Positions 1 through 14,045 of a stretch of DNA of 64,000 nucleotides are shown here, piece by piece (the stretch's first letter is position 1; each line of letters begins with the position of its first letter). Where the stretch lies: the NCBI RefSeq assembly GCF_018977255.1, contig NW_024704755.1, positions 4,712,001-4,776,000 on the forward strand. The letters run 5' to 3'. The translations under genes were made by a program, and so were the position numbers. Under the pieces are notes generated by a model. That model had not been told where the DNA came from. It did not search any database and worked only from the letters and a program-made list of their open reading frames with translations. Origin of the DNA: Callorhinchus milii. Lineage: Eukaryota.

Positions 1-365
1 GCCTTCCTTGTGGCTTCCCAGCCACTGTATAACTGAAAAACTGTAGCCTGCTGGTTCAAACCCCCACACAGCCTTCAAATGAATTAATGTTATTGCTGTG
101 GCCATTAGATCATTTTCATTTGCTCACTAGTTACAGAAGCTTCAGCTAAAGCTTTCTGAAAATGTCAGTTTCATGTTATTCGTGAATGTTGGCACAATTC
201 AATCCCAGTTTGCTGGAGAAACAGTTGAAATGCCTAACTCTTAATGAATAGCACCTTTAATTTGGTACCGTTGTTGATTCCTGTTGTCACTGAATGGCAT
301 CTGAACACATCCTTGTTTCAGCCATAAGATTTCAAAGTATGAAACCACTTATATTCCTAATCTTG

Positions 366-475
366 ACAAAATATACAGTCAATTCACTTTACAGTATATT
401 CTTTGAAGCACTGTGAGACGTCTCAAAGATGTGTTAAGGGGCTATATCAAATGCAAGGATTATTTTTATTATTAT
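366..475 (+). mobile_element. SINE/L2-type 3' tail fragment
   Basis: atatacagtcaattcactttacag...gctatatcaaatgcaaggattatt; similar tails at 5265-5360 (-), 33612-33724 (+) and 44110-44255 (+). Confidence 0.8.
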
Positions 476-3016
476 TTCTGATTTTCAAGATTAAAACGCT
501 TCTATAAAGTCTTTTTCCAGGTGAAAAGTGTTCCATGTTTAGTCATGTTTATAATGGCACAGCACACTAAATATAGACAATTTTCTGATAAATGTCACTT
601 TGTTAAAGCACGGTGATTCACCAACCGGATATTTTCATGTAAGATCTAAGGCATTTCTTATATTGAATTGCTGTATAAATACTTAAAATAGGCTGTCATA
701 CGACAATTCCGTGTTATTTTATTTTGTTTTTATCTGGAGTTGTTACCAAGTGGTCTTCGCAAGCTAATACTCATTTCAATTTCAATTTTCCACACATTCC
801 TGTTTACAGTAAACGCAATTGCATTGTTCATTTCAACTTGCTGTTTATAACACAGTTCAAATGTAATGTTTCTTGGTTCACACCTGAGAGACGTACGATA
901 ATCCCCTAGAGATTATTATTCTGTTGTATTTTATCTTTATCTAACCTTGAATCTATGAGCCTTGCCCAGTTACTAGGTCATACACCTTGCATTAATGTGA
1001 TAAGATCTAATTGCAAATAACTGAATAAAGCACAGGCGCTGCATCTTTCAAAAGCTATATTTAATCTGTCTAGAATAATACACATTACATTAGCAGTAAA
1101 GTGCTCAGCATTTCAGATGATGTTACAAACTGTGAGGGTGAAACTCAAGTGATCTTTCCTATGTCATGTGAACACCAAGATGTGCTATGTTGTTGAACCA
1201 GATTCCGACCTGGTATTATATTTAATGAAGTTGGGATAGTGTTATTCAGCTTTCAGTTGACTTTTGTTTGGTAATAGACAAAAATGCACATCATGCTCCA
1301 AAATGAAAATGTATTATTTGAGCAGTTTTTCCAAAAGAACTGCAAAATGTTCTTTCTTTACCACAAACCACCACAATTCTTTTAATTATGTCGCTTGCTT
1401 TTTGTTATTATAAGAAAGATATTGATCCAGTACAGAGTTAATTTTCTAAATTGTCAGTTGCATAGAGATCATAAGTGGCATATTACATTATGAATTCATT
1501 TTCCTGCTATAACTTTCAGTAAGAATGGAGGCATTTTTAAATATTTTATTATATCGTCTTTTCTTTTTCATGACATGTCCTTTAATCATATGCAAAGAGC
1601 CTTTATTTTTAATTTTAGAATACTTCCAAACCAATTTTTTTCCTGCCTCACTGCTCCTTTTCTTTAGCAGAGCAATGTCATTAGCAGTCATGGAATCAAA
1701 TGAAAAATAGTTCCAGTGGGTGACCTTTGATCTCCTTTAAATTGCACATGGTTATGAAGCAGGAAAATATAACAAAGTGTTTTATTTCATTTCATTGTGT
1801 GAGTATGTAATGGTTTTTTTTTCCCTGACAGTCGGTCCATTTAAGAAGCTAAAAAAATTAAAAGAATTTCAGATATTTTCCCTATCGTACTGCTTCCAGC
1901 TTTCTTTCATACAATGTTTGCAAAATCATTTTCAACCTAATAGTCGCGCTTTCCTTTGAACATTTAACTTGAACCTGTTTTTGTCCTTGTGGTAAAAGCA
2001 AGATAAAAATGCCCCAAGGCTCCAGGCCTATCTTATCCTATCCTTGTAGTTTTTGATCAAATGAGAGAAGGCGGGGGTTGAAGTCTTTCAATATAAGCCT
2101 AATGGCTGATGCATGCCTACCTAACAAATACTAGTATTATAATTCAATCCAGCTATATTATTTTGTCCAAATTATTGCTGATAAGATCACCTAGCACAAA
2201 AGAATTTGAAATGATGAATTTAATCAAAATTATTCCATTATGCCTTGTGATCTTTTTAACATATATTTTAAAAGATTGTGTTGCTCGACAGTCACCGGAA
2301 ACAATAAAGAATCAAATGCAATAAAATCCATTGGTTCATTTGAAGGTGCGGGGGGTGGGGGGAGAGAGTAGGGGGGGGTGGGGGGGGGGAGAGAGTAATT
2401 TTTTTAGCCATGCTGGAGTTTTGCTCGAAGTAGTGTTGTGATGATTGTTGCTTTGGTGTAGTAGTTGGTGTAGCAAATGGGGTCAGTGATTGTTCTTTGT
2501 TCTTTAAAGTGGGCAAATATTACAGTAGCGGCATGAATGTTCAAATCTTCAATGGGGTACTCACTCTAAATTTGGGTGGTTTAAAACAATTTTTACTTGT
2601 GGGATCATATCCCTTAATGCAGAAGTGTCAAATTATTTTATCATTTTGTATGTTTGGTGTTGATAGAGGTCTAGGGATTAACCCTTCAAGTAGATACATA
2701 TCACTGGCCAGTGTGTAGTCTCCTACCCCAATCTAACCTATTGCAGTTAATGAAAAATATTACCAGCAGAGCACAGATTTACAGGATAAAACTGATTTAA
2801 ATTTAACTGTCAGATTAAAAGGGATTGTAAAACAAGCGCCACAAACTGAATACTAAATGGACACAAAAGATGGTATTGAATAGGAAATTAAACAAAAAAA
2901 GTTAATTTGAGTTTTGCGGATATATTTTGTAATAACCTTAATTTTTTGATACAGCAGCACTAGGTGTGAGATAAGGAAGTTAGGTTTTGCTATGCACGGA
3001 TCGGTAGGTTGTTTAC

Positions 3017-3290
3017 TAATAATAATAATAATCCTTGCATTTGATATAATGCTTTTCACGTCTTCTAGACGTCCCAAAGCGTTCCATAGAATATACTGTA
3101 AAGTGAATTGACTGTATATTTATGGGCGAACACGACAACCAATTGTGCACAGCAATGTCCCATAAACAGTCATGGATTGAAAATAACCAATTTATTATTG
3201 TTTTGTTTTTTTGGAGGGATTATTATTAGGCGTGTGGAGTAAGGAAACTTGCCCAAGGTTTCGCCCTGCCTGGAAAGAAAACTAAGATGT
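3017..3290 (-). mobile_element. Diverged SINE copy lacking most of the tRNA head
   Basis: Aligns by eye to the young family with many substitutions, including CpG transitions. Confidence 0.9.
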
Positions 3291-6163
3291 CTTGGTGATG
3301 TTTGCAATTCAAAATCATGAGCTTTTACACCTATCATCACACTGTTGTGCTAGAAAATATTGTCACAATTAAAGAATGATTGTAGATTGTCGCCTTTTAA
3401 CCTCTATCAGTGTTTGAGATCAGATCCTGGATGATCAGTGATTGTGACTTACAAACTTGATAGGTTAAAACAACGGTTGCATTTGTCTGATGGTTTCCTG
3501 TACAAAAATCGAATTAAATAAGCCCTGCATAAACCTTAATGACCTTACTAAAGTACTGATGTCAATCTAGCTCCATCACTCCAAATTGCAGTGGCTTGGG
3601 GTGTCTTCTCGACATGAAAAGCACTATATAAATGCAATTTGTTGTTGTTGTAATGTTTATAGGCTAGATCTCTGGTTGACCTAATCAGTACTCATTAATT
3701 CAACAATTTAAAAAAAGTATTACAATTAATCTTGTCTCAGTCAACTCAAAGGGGTAACGTTTGTGCAGTTCAATAACCCACCCTTGCAAAAAGTAACATT
3801 GAAAGTGCTTGTTCAAGCAAATTTATATTTTATGCAAAAGTAAAGAATGTAAAAAGAAGGAACAAGCTATCCAGCTCACATTGTTGCTTTGGGTTCTCAT
3901 TCATTCACGCAGATGACTTTCTGCCTTGGCACCAAACCAGTATCCCTCATTCCATTCTGAGTCACAGATCTGTTTGTTTGTTACTTTCAGTGCTACAAAT
4001 GAGTTGGTATTCAGTGCAGTAAGTGGGAAGAACACTTAATTGGGGAGAAATTTGGATCCATTTTCCCACCAACTCTTCCTTCAACCAGTATGCCTGGGTA
4101 ACATTATGTACCGGCACTTACACACACCACATAAGATAGATTAACACTCAAAGGAAAGATCAACATTCATTATTGATTGATGTTTTGAGTAGCGCCCAGT
4201 GTTGTTAGATTGAAGTAGTCAGAAAGGAAGATCATACTGTGCAAGACTAGACATCAGCCAGTGGTCAAAGGGGAGAAATTAAGGGATATGAGGGAAGACG
4301 ATTCAGTGCGATTTGTTTTTTTTCTGGTTTGCATCTGCTATTTCTCACTCAGCAGGTTCCCACTTTCAGCTGCAGCTTCGGAGTCGAGCACCCAGAAGAG
4401 GTCAGATACAAGGAGGAAAGGCAAAGTGGAGGGTGAGCCAACCCAGGGCAATCTCACACGCCTCCTAGCGGCCAGTTACAGAACAGCAGAGCAGGTGCAA
4501 GGGATTGGGTGAGGGTGGAACCAACTGCACAGAGTAAAAAAACAGACAACCCTTAAATATTCTAATAGCAAAAAGCTCCCACTTCTAGTAAATCAGCAAC
4601 ACAATGAATTGATTCTTTTTTCATGATGTTCTTCTGTGTCTATACAAGTAGGTCACATACAATTTATACCCAGTGGAACTTAGGTATGATTTATATAAGT
4701 CCTTGAGAATACAAGGAGGAAATTATATTCTGGTGCCACTTTTTCGTTTAATAGCATAATTGACTAAAAGTAATGGAATACTTGTGCGTTGATTAATGGC
4801 TAATTAAATAATTGTTGCATCTCTGCTAGCTAAAGGAACAAAAAATGATGTATAATGTTAGAATGATCAACAAATTAGCCACTTTCCACTCGCACAAATG
4901 CAATGTTTCTTTTAAAAAAAGTGGCATTAACAGAAAATTAATATCACAAGATCAGCAAAATGTCATTAGCTAAATTGTACAGAGAAACCAGAGGAAGTCA
5001 ATGGATTGAATTTTTTTCAAACTTCACATTTGTGTAAGTACGCCACACTGCTAAACACAAGTGGCAAACCAGATTACCAATTTTTTTTTGCAGAAATGAA
5101 TCCTGGCCATCGATAATTTCACAGGATGAGATGAGAGTTAATTGGTGAGAAAGGAGCACTCTCCTCCTTTTTTTCAACCAGAGTAGTTATTGCTAGGATT
5201 ATCAATTAGTTGAATTATTGCCAAATCAATGTATGTTGTGTTGGGTTCTCAGTGACAGTGATGATAACAATAATAACAATAACAATAATAATCCTTGCTA
5301 TTGATAGAGCGCCTTATCACGTCTTCTGTCGTCTCAAAGCGCTTCACGGAATATACTGTATATTTTACGAGCAAAATGCTGTTCACTTCAGTGTGTCACA
5401 GTTGGGTTCTGACAAACATCTATAATGACCCGTTTTGCAACAAAATCACTCTGAAATGAATCAGTCTTTTTTTTGTGTGTGCCCAATGTCTCCAGTGCAA
5501 TTTTGTAAAGATTCTCATTATGGCGCCCATTAGAGGGAGCAGGAACAATTGCATGTGACTGGAACATGACAAAAGTGATAAAATGGATGTGTGCATAGTT
5601 TTGTATTACTGTATAAGAAAGCGATCACAGACAAAGACACACTCTGTAAAAGAAGCTTTGCAGAATCTGGAGTGTGCATCTGAGCCAAGCCTTATGAGAC
5701 ACATGTAGTGGCCTGCAAACAACTCACCTGCTTGGCTTCTTGGTTGGAAAACAGTACATGTCATGGTAGGACTTGGCGGAGGAAATCAGATTAAATAGCA
5801 GAAGGTTTCTTTTTTTGAAAATGACCAAGCCAGACGATAAGTAAATTACTAACTGAATATATCAGTCTGGGCATGAAATAACTAAGGTGCTCACACTTTA
5901 CACCCTGCACTCTTCCACTGCCAGAATTAACTTTCTCACTAAAACAAAAGTGTTATGTATCTTGAAATCAGAAACGTATAAGAAAACCATTCAATAATAT
6001 TGAGTGTTTAGTTTATTCTAACGTTTCTTGACCACTGTTTTAAAATTACATTAATTTTCCATCTTTTTCCCTCTCCCCTCCCCAAAGTTATTTATCTACT
6101 CAAGCCAGGCTCCAATTCAGTAGCTAGGGGATTGTGCCAACACTGTCCTTGATTTAGCTGCCA

Positions 6164-6496
6164 AATAATAATAATAATAATAATAATCCTTGCATTTGAT
6201 ATAGCGCTTTTCACGTCGGGAGGACGTCCCAAAGCGCTTCACAGAGCACACTGTAAAGTGAATTGACTGTATATTTGTGGGCGAACGCGGCAGCCAATTG
6301 CGCACAGCAATGTCCCACAAACAGTCGTAGATTGAAAATGACCAATTTATTATTGTTTTTGGTTTTTTGGAGGGATTATTATTAGGCTCTGTGTGGAGTA
6401 AGGAAACTTGCCCAAGGTTTCGCCCTCTGCCTGGAATTGAACTCAGGTCTCTCACTTGCAAAGCGAGTGCTCTAACCACTGAGCTACAGGACTCCA
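6164..6496 (-). mobile_element. Young full-length tRNA-Ala-derived SINE (Deu-like core, L2-type tail, (TTA)n)
   Basis: Head has A box TAGCTCAGTGG, anticodon loop tt-TGC-aa and B box GTTCAATTCC; nearly identical to the copies at 25.0, 31.2 and 55.5 kb; possible TSD CAAAT. Confidence 0.95.
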
Positions 6497-9309
6497 CAAA
6501 TGAATGCTGTGAGAAAGTACCAGGCCTTCACTCACCATCTCCCCCGATGGCATTTGGACAGTCACAGTTTCTTCGCCACTGACCTTTTATAGCATCATAT
6601 TTCTGTGCTGCCCAAATATTTTTCTTCGAAACCCAAGTGAGACAGGAAACTAGTCATAGATATGCTGCTAACATTTGCTTCACAGAATATTATTTTGGAG
6701 GTGGTGGCGGCTTATTTCTGATTTAAGGAACAAACATCCCAGGAATAGTATTCCCCTAAGTAGGAAAGTTATATTTGGGTAACGGGTGGGTTCAAGTTCA
6801 ATTTAAATGATGCTTTTCCAATGATCCTTTTGGTAAAATTTATACTTTCTCAGTTCCCTTGCAAAAAAGATGTTTGTCCCATGTCTCTCCACAAAAATCG
6901 TCAAAATCGCTTTGTTAAAGTGTAGTATGGCTACTAGAATTTTGACCCCGTGAGTGTTGTCTGTGCTGACTAGAGATGCTGGGAGCCCTCTGAGATTTTC
7001 CCGCTATACTAATAAACCATCGTTTTGTCTGCCTCCATGTATTCAGTTCTGTCTGACCTTGGCCTGCGTCACAAATACTTCGTTATTGATTCATTGCCAT
7101 ATGGAAAACTCTTTCCTGACACCAGCCTTTGATAATAAAGAGGACACAGGGAAATAATTTAGTCATCTAAGTGCTATTTGGTAACTTAAAGTAGTTTTTC
7201 CTAATAACAAGTTGTTATTGATCTAAATTTGGCAGCTTATTTTTTTTCTTTCATGCTTTCATTTTCACTTTTCAATTTTTCTCTTTGTCGTACCTTTTGG
7301 GGGTTTCAAGCTGGAAAACGCACACACACACACAAAAACAAATCAAGGCGTTGCAAAGTGTCATAGCTCCGAAGAATCGAAATTAAGTTGCAAACCTCCG
7401 TACTAAAACAAAACAGACTTGGGTACCACATACAAACTGTTCCGTGAAATGATCAAAATAGAAATGCGGACAGAATCATGCATTTTTGTAAGGATTTTTA
7501 AATTGGTCTTTTCTATTTCTAAGAGAAATGGTATGTTGATCGACGCTGATTAGGAATCAAAGAATTTTACAAATGTCACGTTTTAGGACTCGATTATTAT
7601 TTCCCAGCCCTATGAATATCTTTTCCATCCAGCACATTCACGGCCTTCCTTTCCATTGAAGTCCCTGGATAATTATGGTGGCACTAGCGTTGGTATTCAG
7701 TTGCCGTCCATTTTCAAGAAATTTCCTATTTGATCTCGAACTATTTTAATGGGGGTTACTTAATCTGATGGTACTTGCAAGCTTGTGAGTTGCTTTTTAT
7801 TCACAATTGCCAAAACTAGAGATTAACTTGCCCCAGGCTAGTCGGTGAGTGAAATTTTTGACCCGTTTTAATCAAAAAAAACGAAAATAATGTATACAAT
7901 TCTGGTGTCTCATAAGCTTCTTTTCTTCCAACATTTCATCTAAATGAGAAATGCTAATGGATAGTTGCAAGATAGACTGATATATCTGTTTGATCTTTAT
8001 AATGTATCAGTTGTGGTAACCCCTTTTCCATCAGCACAAACTGCACAAAAATATAACTGCATTTAATAAAACCTGACATTTGTTCTACAGAAATTCATCA
8101 TTCTGAAGGACTATTAGTCCTTAATAAAAACTGCCGGTGCAACGATCTTACACTTTTGTACAAACTTTGCGTGAAGAAAGTTATTATGTTTCATTATTTT
8201 CATTGTGTTCAACTACGACAGAGCCATGTTCAGTCTTTGCATTTTATTATTTACAAACACCAAAGTCTGTCTATTGCTTCCTGTTTGTAAAATAACTAAA
8301 TATTGACCAGTATTTCATTTGGAAACAAATAATTAACAATATGCAGATGCTAACATCTGCCTTATCTCAACCAACCTATTAAAACCTCCTTTGACTTTTG
8401 TAGATGAATAATTCATGGCTTCCCATTTATCTATTTCTACAATGCCCGACTGGTTCTAAAAGGCATCAAAGATTTGATTATTTTCATTGGAGTATTTCAA
8501 GCTGTGTTCCAGGTATAAATTGGTCTTTAAATTTTAGATTTATTCGCAGTTAATCCACAATCTTCTTGTTTTCTGTCATTTGACAGGATCGCATTTTTGC
8601 ATTTCAATCATTTATTTTTTAGCTTTTTAACTTATTTTGATAGTGTTACTTTATAATTTACATGTTTCAATGAACCCTTTATCATCACATCACATTGTTA
8701 AGGTTACTTTTCATTTGAAGCAGTTCAAAAGTGCTACAATTTATGAAGGAAATCAATAAGTATAGTACTTCTAAGAGCTTGGTACAACGTGGGTAAGTTA
8801 TGGGGCAGAATGTTATTGTGGGCACAACTATCCACATGAATGAGTTCATGATCTTGGCCAGGTCATCAAGGCATATCAAGCGGCCCATTTCTAAAGTAAT
8901 GTAAGCAGAGGTTTGGCTGAGGGTTACTATTCCCTGGGTATGCAACAATTGAAAAAAGAGACAATAGTATATATTGTTTAATCCATCACACGTAGGTGAG
9001 GTGAGAAGCAAAGGGCAAAGATTAGGATAAAATAAAAAAGAATTTAGGAAGAAGATATAAAACAATTCTCTTCACAACCTATACGTTCTGCCTAATCTTG
9101 TAGTGATGGCATATTTAATGTTATTATTATTTATCTAAGATATTATGCCTTTATTAGACATTTTATTTTACATTGTAATTTTTGGAAAAGACAGATAGCT
9201 CATGATTTGACCAAACTTAACAGAGAGGGAAGGTGGATGTTTTCACTAGTTGAAGTGCATCCGAAGAGACAAGAATAGGAACAATTTACTAATTGCATGA
9301 TAAGTAACC

Positions 9310-9570
9310 CCAGCATCTGCCTGTTCAGGTAGATGCCAAAGTTCCCGTAGCACTATTAAATAAGAGAATTTCTCTTGGTGTGCTCAGCAATAATCCCAGA
9401 GATAAAATTCGTCAATCACCTCATGGCTGGTTTTGGGACAGTGCTGTGCATAAATTGGCTACTGCATTTGCCTACAAAAGAGACAGTCACTCGATTTTAC
9501 ATTCATAGCACTTTGAGGTACCCTCCAAAAATGAAAGATGCTATATCAAATGCAAGGATTGTTATTTGTT
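9310..9570 (+). mobile_element. Old DeuSINE 3' part
   Basis: ttcaggtagatgccaaagttcccgtagcactatt...tgggacagtgctgtgcataaattggct...gctatatcaaatgcaagg. Confidence 0.7.
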
Positions 9571-12439
9571 AATTTGCTCTCTGTCTTCCATCATAATTTA
9601 TTTTATTCTTTCTCTTGTTGAAGTTTTAATAAAAATAATACATGACACTGTTAGTTAAACTGTGATGTTATATGTTCAGTTTGTAATCATTCTAGTCTTT
9701 GTTCACCACTCTCTTTGTTCTCCAAGAGGGAGAGTCTTTCTCTTCGTGACTTCAAACACAATAGCTAGTGATAGATACGTTAACAATACAATTGTACTTC
9801 ACCACAACTACTTTCTATGAATTTCTAAAGTAGTTTTACAATGAATTATATCGGAATAACAATACAATCTATTTTTCATTTAATCTTCAGTGTAACTGTC
9901 TTGGACAAAGGAATGACAGATCCATCACTTACTTAATACCAAGCTGCATCACCCTAAACACTAATTGAAACAAATTTGGCAATCTTGCTTTGATATGCTA
10001 CATAGAGAAAGAGGAAATTCGCATTGGTAGCGGTGGATGTTCTTCACAGATGTGATAGTGCAGTGTGTTTTGCTGCAGTGTTGAATTTTGTAACTTACTA
10101 ATGCATGAATTTGTGTCACAGAATATAATGGCAATTGACAATTGCCTTGCTGTGCCAGATAGCCAATTCAGTCATTTTGAGGATTGTCAAGAAATATTTT
10201 GAAGATATTTATCCCCCACAATCTCTCACTTTATTAACATAATAAACAAAAGATATGTGTAGAGATTGCCATCTTTGTGCTATGCCTGTTGCATTAAGAA
10301 CAAGTTGAATTGGTATTAACAAATATTTCTGCATATGCTATTTTCTAGTAGTTTGCCACGGGCAAAAAAACTTAAGCATAAAATTGGAAAAAAAATACTC
10401 TTTTATAATGACTGCTTAAGCTGTTCCTGGAGGCTTGTTCATCTTTGGAGACCAAAATGAGGGTGAGGTGACAGCACCCTAAACACTAATTGAAGCAGAA
10501 AGTCGAAAAAGTACATATGGTGGTTCAAAAGACAATGGATAGATTTGTTTTGCCTGCGGTAATGTTACTGGTCCATTGGAACTTATGACAGGAGAGTTAT
10601 CTTAGCAATAATCCTACTTTTGGGATAATTATTGCAGACTCCTATTCTGCACGGTTGATCAGTTAATGTGTAAGGCAAAATCTTCCAAAAAGTAAATCTT
10701 TAATTAAATTAATTGTTTCGGGCTGATCTGGCTAAAGTGTACCAACCAGCAATTTTGTGAAATATGAGCCACAACTGTGTTGGGGGTGGTGGGGGAAAGA
10801 GTTGCTTTGTGAGCCAGTAAGTAAACCTGGATGCTAATTGTACTTATTGGTCACATGAAAACTGTGTAACTGGTGAGCAAAGCAAGTTAATGCAAGAGGT
10901 GGTGATCAAGCATTGCAAATCTTGTAAATACACAAGTGATATATACATTACTTTTGTATCACACATATATAACTGTAAACATGAACTAATCAAAAATCAT
11001 CTGACCCTGATTATTTTGCAAATGTGGCAAATTAAATCTAATGATTTTTCTTATCTATTTCAGAATAAGCCAAAAGCCACATGTTCAATGCAGCCTTACT
11101 TTACCCATTTAAAGTTGCTGTTTCTCTAATGCCTTTGCTTTTTACTTTTATTTGCTATAAAATCTTATTGATACATGGGAGCAAGAACTCTACTTTGTTT
11201 TGATTACCAATGTCTTTCGAATTGTGGTTTGCATCTTTACGTCTCTTAAAGGAAATTAAGATGTTAGAATTTAATTTAAATGGAGATTAAAAGCTATGGT
11301 GACGCAACTGATATTTATTCAAAGATAATTTTTTCCCATAATGTTTATTCAAGTGCAAATTGAACATACACAGTGCAGCGCACTACAGCTACAAACTGTT
11401 AATGCGAGCATAATTGTTCTTTAAATAACACGCATTAGCAGCTTAGCAGAGTAAAGTCTTTCCAAATTCCTCCAGGTCAGGGATTATTATTCTTTGAGCA
11501 GAAGTTTCATTGACAGAACCAGAAGAGCTGTGCTTCCATCGTATTGCGTTTCGATACCTTCTGAAATTGGAATTTTACGTACACTGGAGTAAAGAAAGAG
11601 AAAGATCATGTTTTTTGTCTGGGGAAGCATGAACTAGTAATCCATTGTCATTTCATCTGCCATCATTTTCATAATGTTTTTGAGAAGCCTGCCAGAAATT
11701 TTGAGATAACAATATTTCTGAACAGTTATAAAGCCATGAGGGACCTCATCATTGCAGCTGTACAGAAACATTGTTGCTGCAAAAAATTACAGTGGAACCA
11801 TGACTACTGCTGTGTCAGATCTTACTTTAGTTTTAACTTCAAGCATTCGGCTATAGGTCATGTCTGTCTCGTGAATTGGAACCTGTGCAAGTATTGTGTG
11901 TCTGACCAGTCAAAAAATTCCTTTAAAATCCTTTGGAAATGCATTCTTTTCATCTGGATTATTCTACGTCTGGCAATCACAAGCAATCTTGTTCATCTTG
12001 CTGGATGGCAGTTTAGGGTTTTTTTGTAACTCGTCTGTGTTGTCGAAGGAAACGATATCAGTCCATTTTGCTACCTGATCTTCCATAACTTGAATACGAA
12101 ATGAATACATTTGAACCCAGTGTTAGACTTGAGAATGCCCAGGACAGGTCAGACAAGATTCTGTACAATGTAGAGTAAGCTCTTTCTCTCTTTCTCCTCT
12201 GCCCCGACAGAGTATTTCATTCTCCAGCCTTAGAAGAGTCTTTCCCAACCTTCCCTCACACATGTACACAAAGGGAATATGTCCATTCCTCATATTAATC
12301 ATATAATGGCTTCTCTCAGTAAGGGCCAATTTGTGCCGAGTTGTTAGAAGTTTTACATGTGGGGCCAGAAACTGGATGTTGATTGCTCAACACATTTCAC
12401 ATAGTACCCTTGCATCCCGCAAAAAAAAGTTTAATATCA

Positions 12440-12517
12440 TCCGTCTGGGCTAGATTGAAATTTAGATTTTAAAGGTGAAAAGACAGTGCGCTAACTCACA
12501 CCACCACCGAGGCCCCC
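12440..12517 (-). mobile_element. Ancient tRNA-headed SINE relic (LF-SINE-like head by recall); related piece at ~23540-23595
   Basis: ctgggctagattgaaa...aggtgaaaagacagtgcgctaac, and cccagaggtgaaaggacagt. Confidence 0.4.
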
Positions 12518-13939
12518 GCAAGAGTATTTTTAATTCAAACAGTTTTGGTCTCATGTGATCAAAACTCTTTTTTTTGTTTCCTCATTATTTTCTTCCTTTT
12601 TAATGCCAAGATCCAATGACCTGAATAGAAAATGAACAGTTGACTAAAACCAATACTAGCATTAATTCACACATCCATTTTAAGGCCTGATTCCAATTAA
12701 ACAACCCACATACTTTGACTTGTGCTCATTAACAAGTGAGTTTCAGGCTGCAAGGTAAATGTTTTATTCATACTATTCTTTTGTCTGCAGTAGCCATACT
12801 GATGTACAAACAGAACTTGCAGTAATGAGACGCGCATGTCATGGCTGTCATTGTGGTTGTTCATGCAAAAATTTATTAGTTTTCAGTCACACTTGATTTG
12901 CATCCTGCACTTAACCCTCCCTGTAGGACCAGCAGCTCGGACTGTGTCTGTTAAAAAAAACAGGATTTCTAAGTAAATGTGGATCCAGCTACAGAGGGAA
13001 ACATTGGGCAATAAGGTTGGTTGGATTCTCCACCAAAATGAATGTCTGTTATAAAATATATATGTTGATATGAAAGCTTCCAAAACCGATTCCTTGAATG
13101 CAGAGGATTGCATTACCCAGTATTCTAGCTTATATGCTTTAATATTAGTAGTATTATTATTAGCCAGTGAGTTATCATGGAGCACACACTCCATGTTTGG
13201 GAATATGGCTCAGCAATGTTAATATTGCATAACACGAGGTTTACCTCTGGGAATATGTAGTGAAAGTTACCTAGCATCAATGACTGGGTTCCAAGAGAGT
13301 ACGCAAAGAAAAGGTTGTGAAGTCTTTATAAAGTAAAACATGATGTTCTGCAGCAGACATATTGCTCTCTGCTTGTTGTCATGAATGTTTTAGACGAGTT
13401 AAAGTAAAGCAGGCCTGCCTGGAACTGAATCTCAAGCTGAATTACACTAAACAAATGGTTATAAATAGCACAGTTGCTTGCATCAGTTTTTATGTTTCTT
13501 GTTTTACAGGTATCTCTGTCACACCAAGTAATGCTGTAGTAGTCACTCCCCCTGGGAACAGGTTGCCTGTCTAGCTTCTCAGCTGGAGGGAATGTGAATG
13601 GAAGAAGAGGATGGGAAAAAAAGAGAGTGAGAGAGAAAAAAAATTACGAAGAGGGGAATTTGCATCACTTGACCTTGCGGTTGTTTTGGCTACAAAACAG
13701 GTGATTCATATTGGGCTAAGTGGCTGACGTGATACCCTACTGTTTTCCGCCAGTTAGAAAAAGTCAGTCCATGCCTTGGGCAGGTAATTTAATACTTCCG
13801 TGCACATGAACTCAATTGGGTCAACCGTAAGTATGGACCATGGGAAATTGTTTTCAGTGCAAGTCATTTTGGCCTGTACCAAATTAAATAGATTCAACTG
13901 GGTTCAGGCACCAAGCTTGAAGCTCATCCCCCAATGGCT

Positions 13940-14045
13940 TAGTTTTGCAGATTGGATCCCCGGTGTCTGCTGAGCTACCTGGTTTCAGATGTGCTAAACG
14001 GTGGGAACATTACAATTGACCTCAGCCAAACTGCCCACTTCTGAG
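13940..14045 (+). mobile_element. Ancient SINE relic (AmnSINE2-like by recall); related piece at ~21805-21900
   Basis: gatccccggtgtctgctgagctacctggtttcag...tacaattgacctcagc, and aactgagtcatgttgactaggaaggctccagggttt at 21.8 kb. Confidence 0.45.

Noticed and set aside
5527-5540. CTCF-like CCATTAGAGGGAGC
   Set aside because: Two core mismatches; expected by chance.
6930-7870. hAT/MITE-like terminal motifs (aattttgacccc at ~6940 and ~7855)
   Set aside because: The motifs are in the same orientation, with no matching inverted terminus or TSD found.
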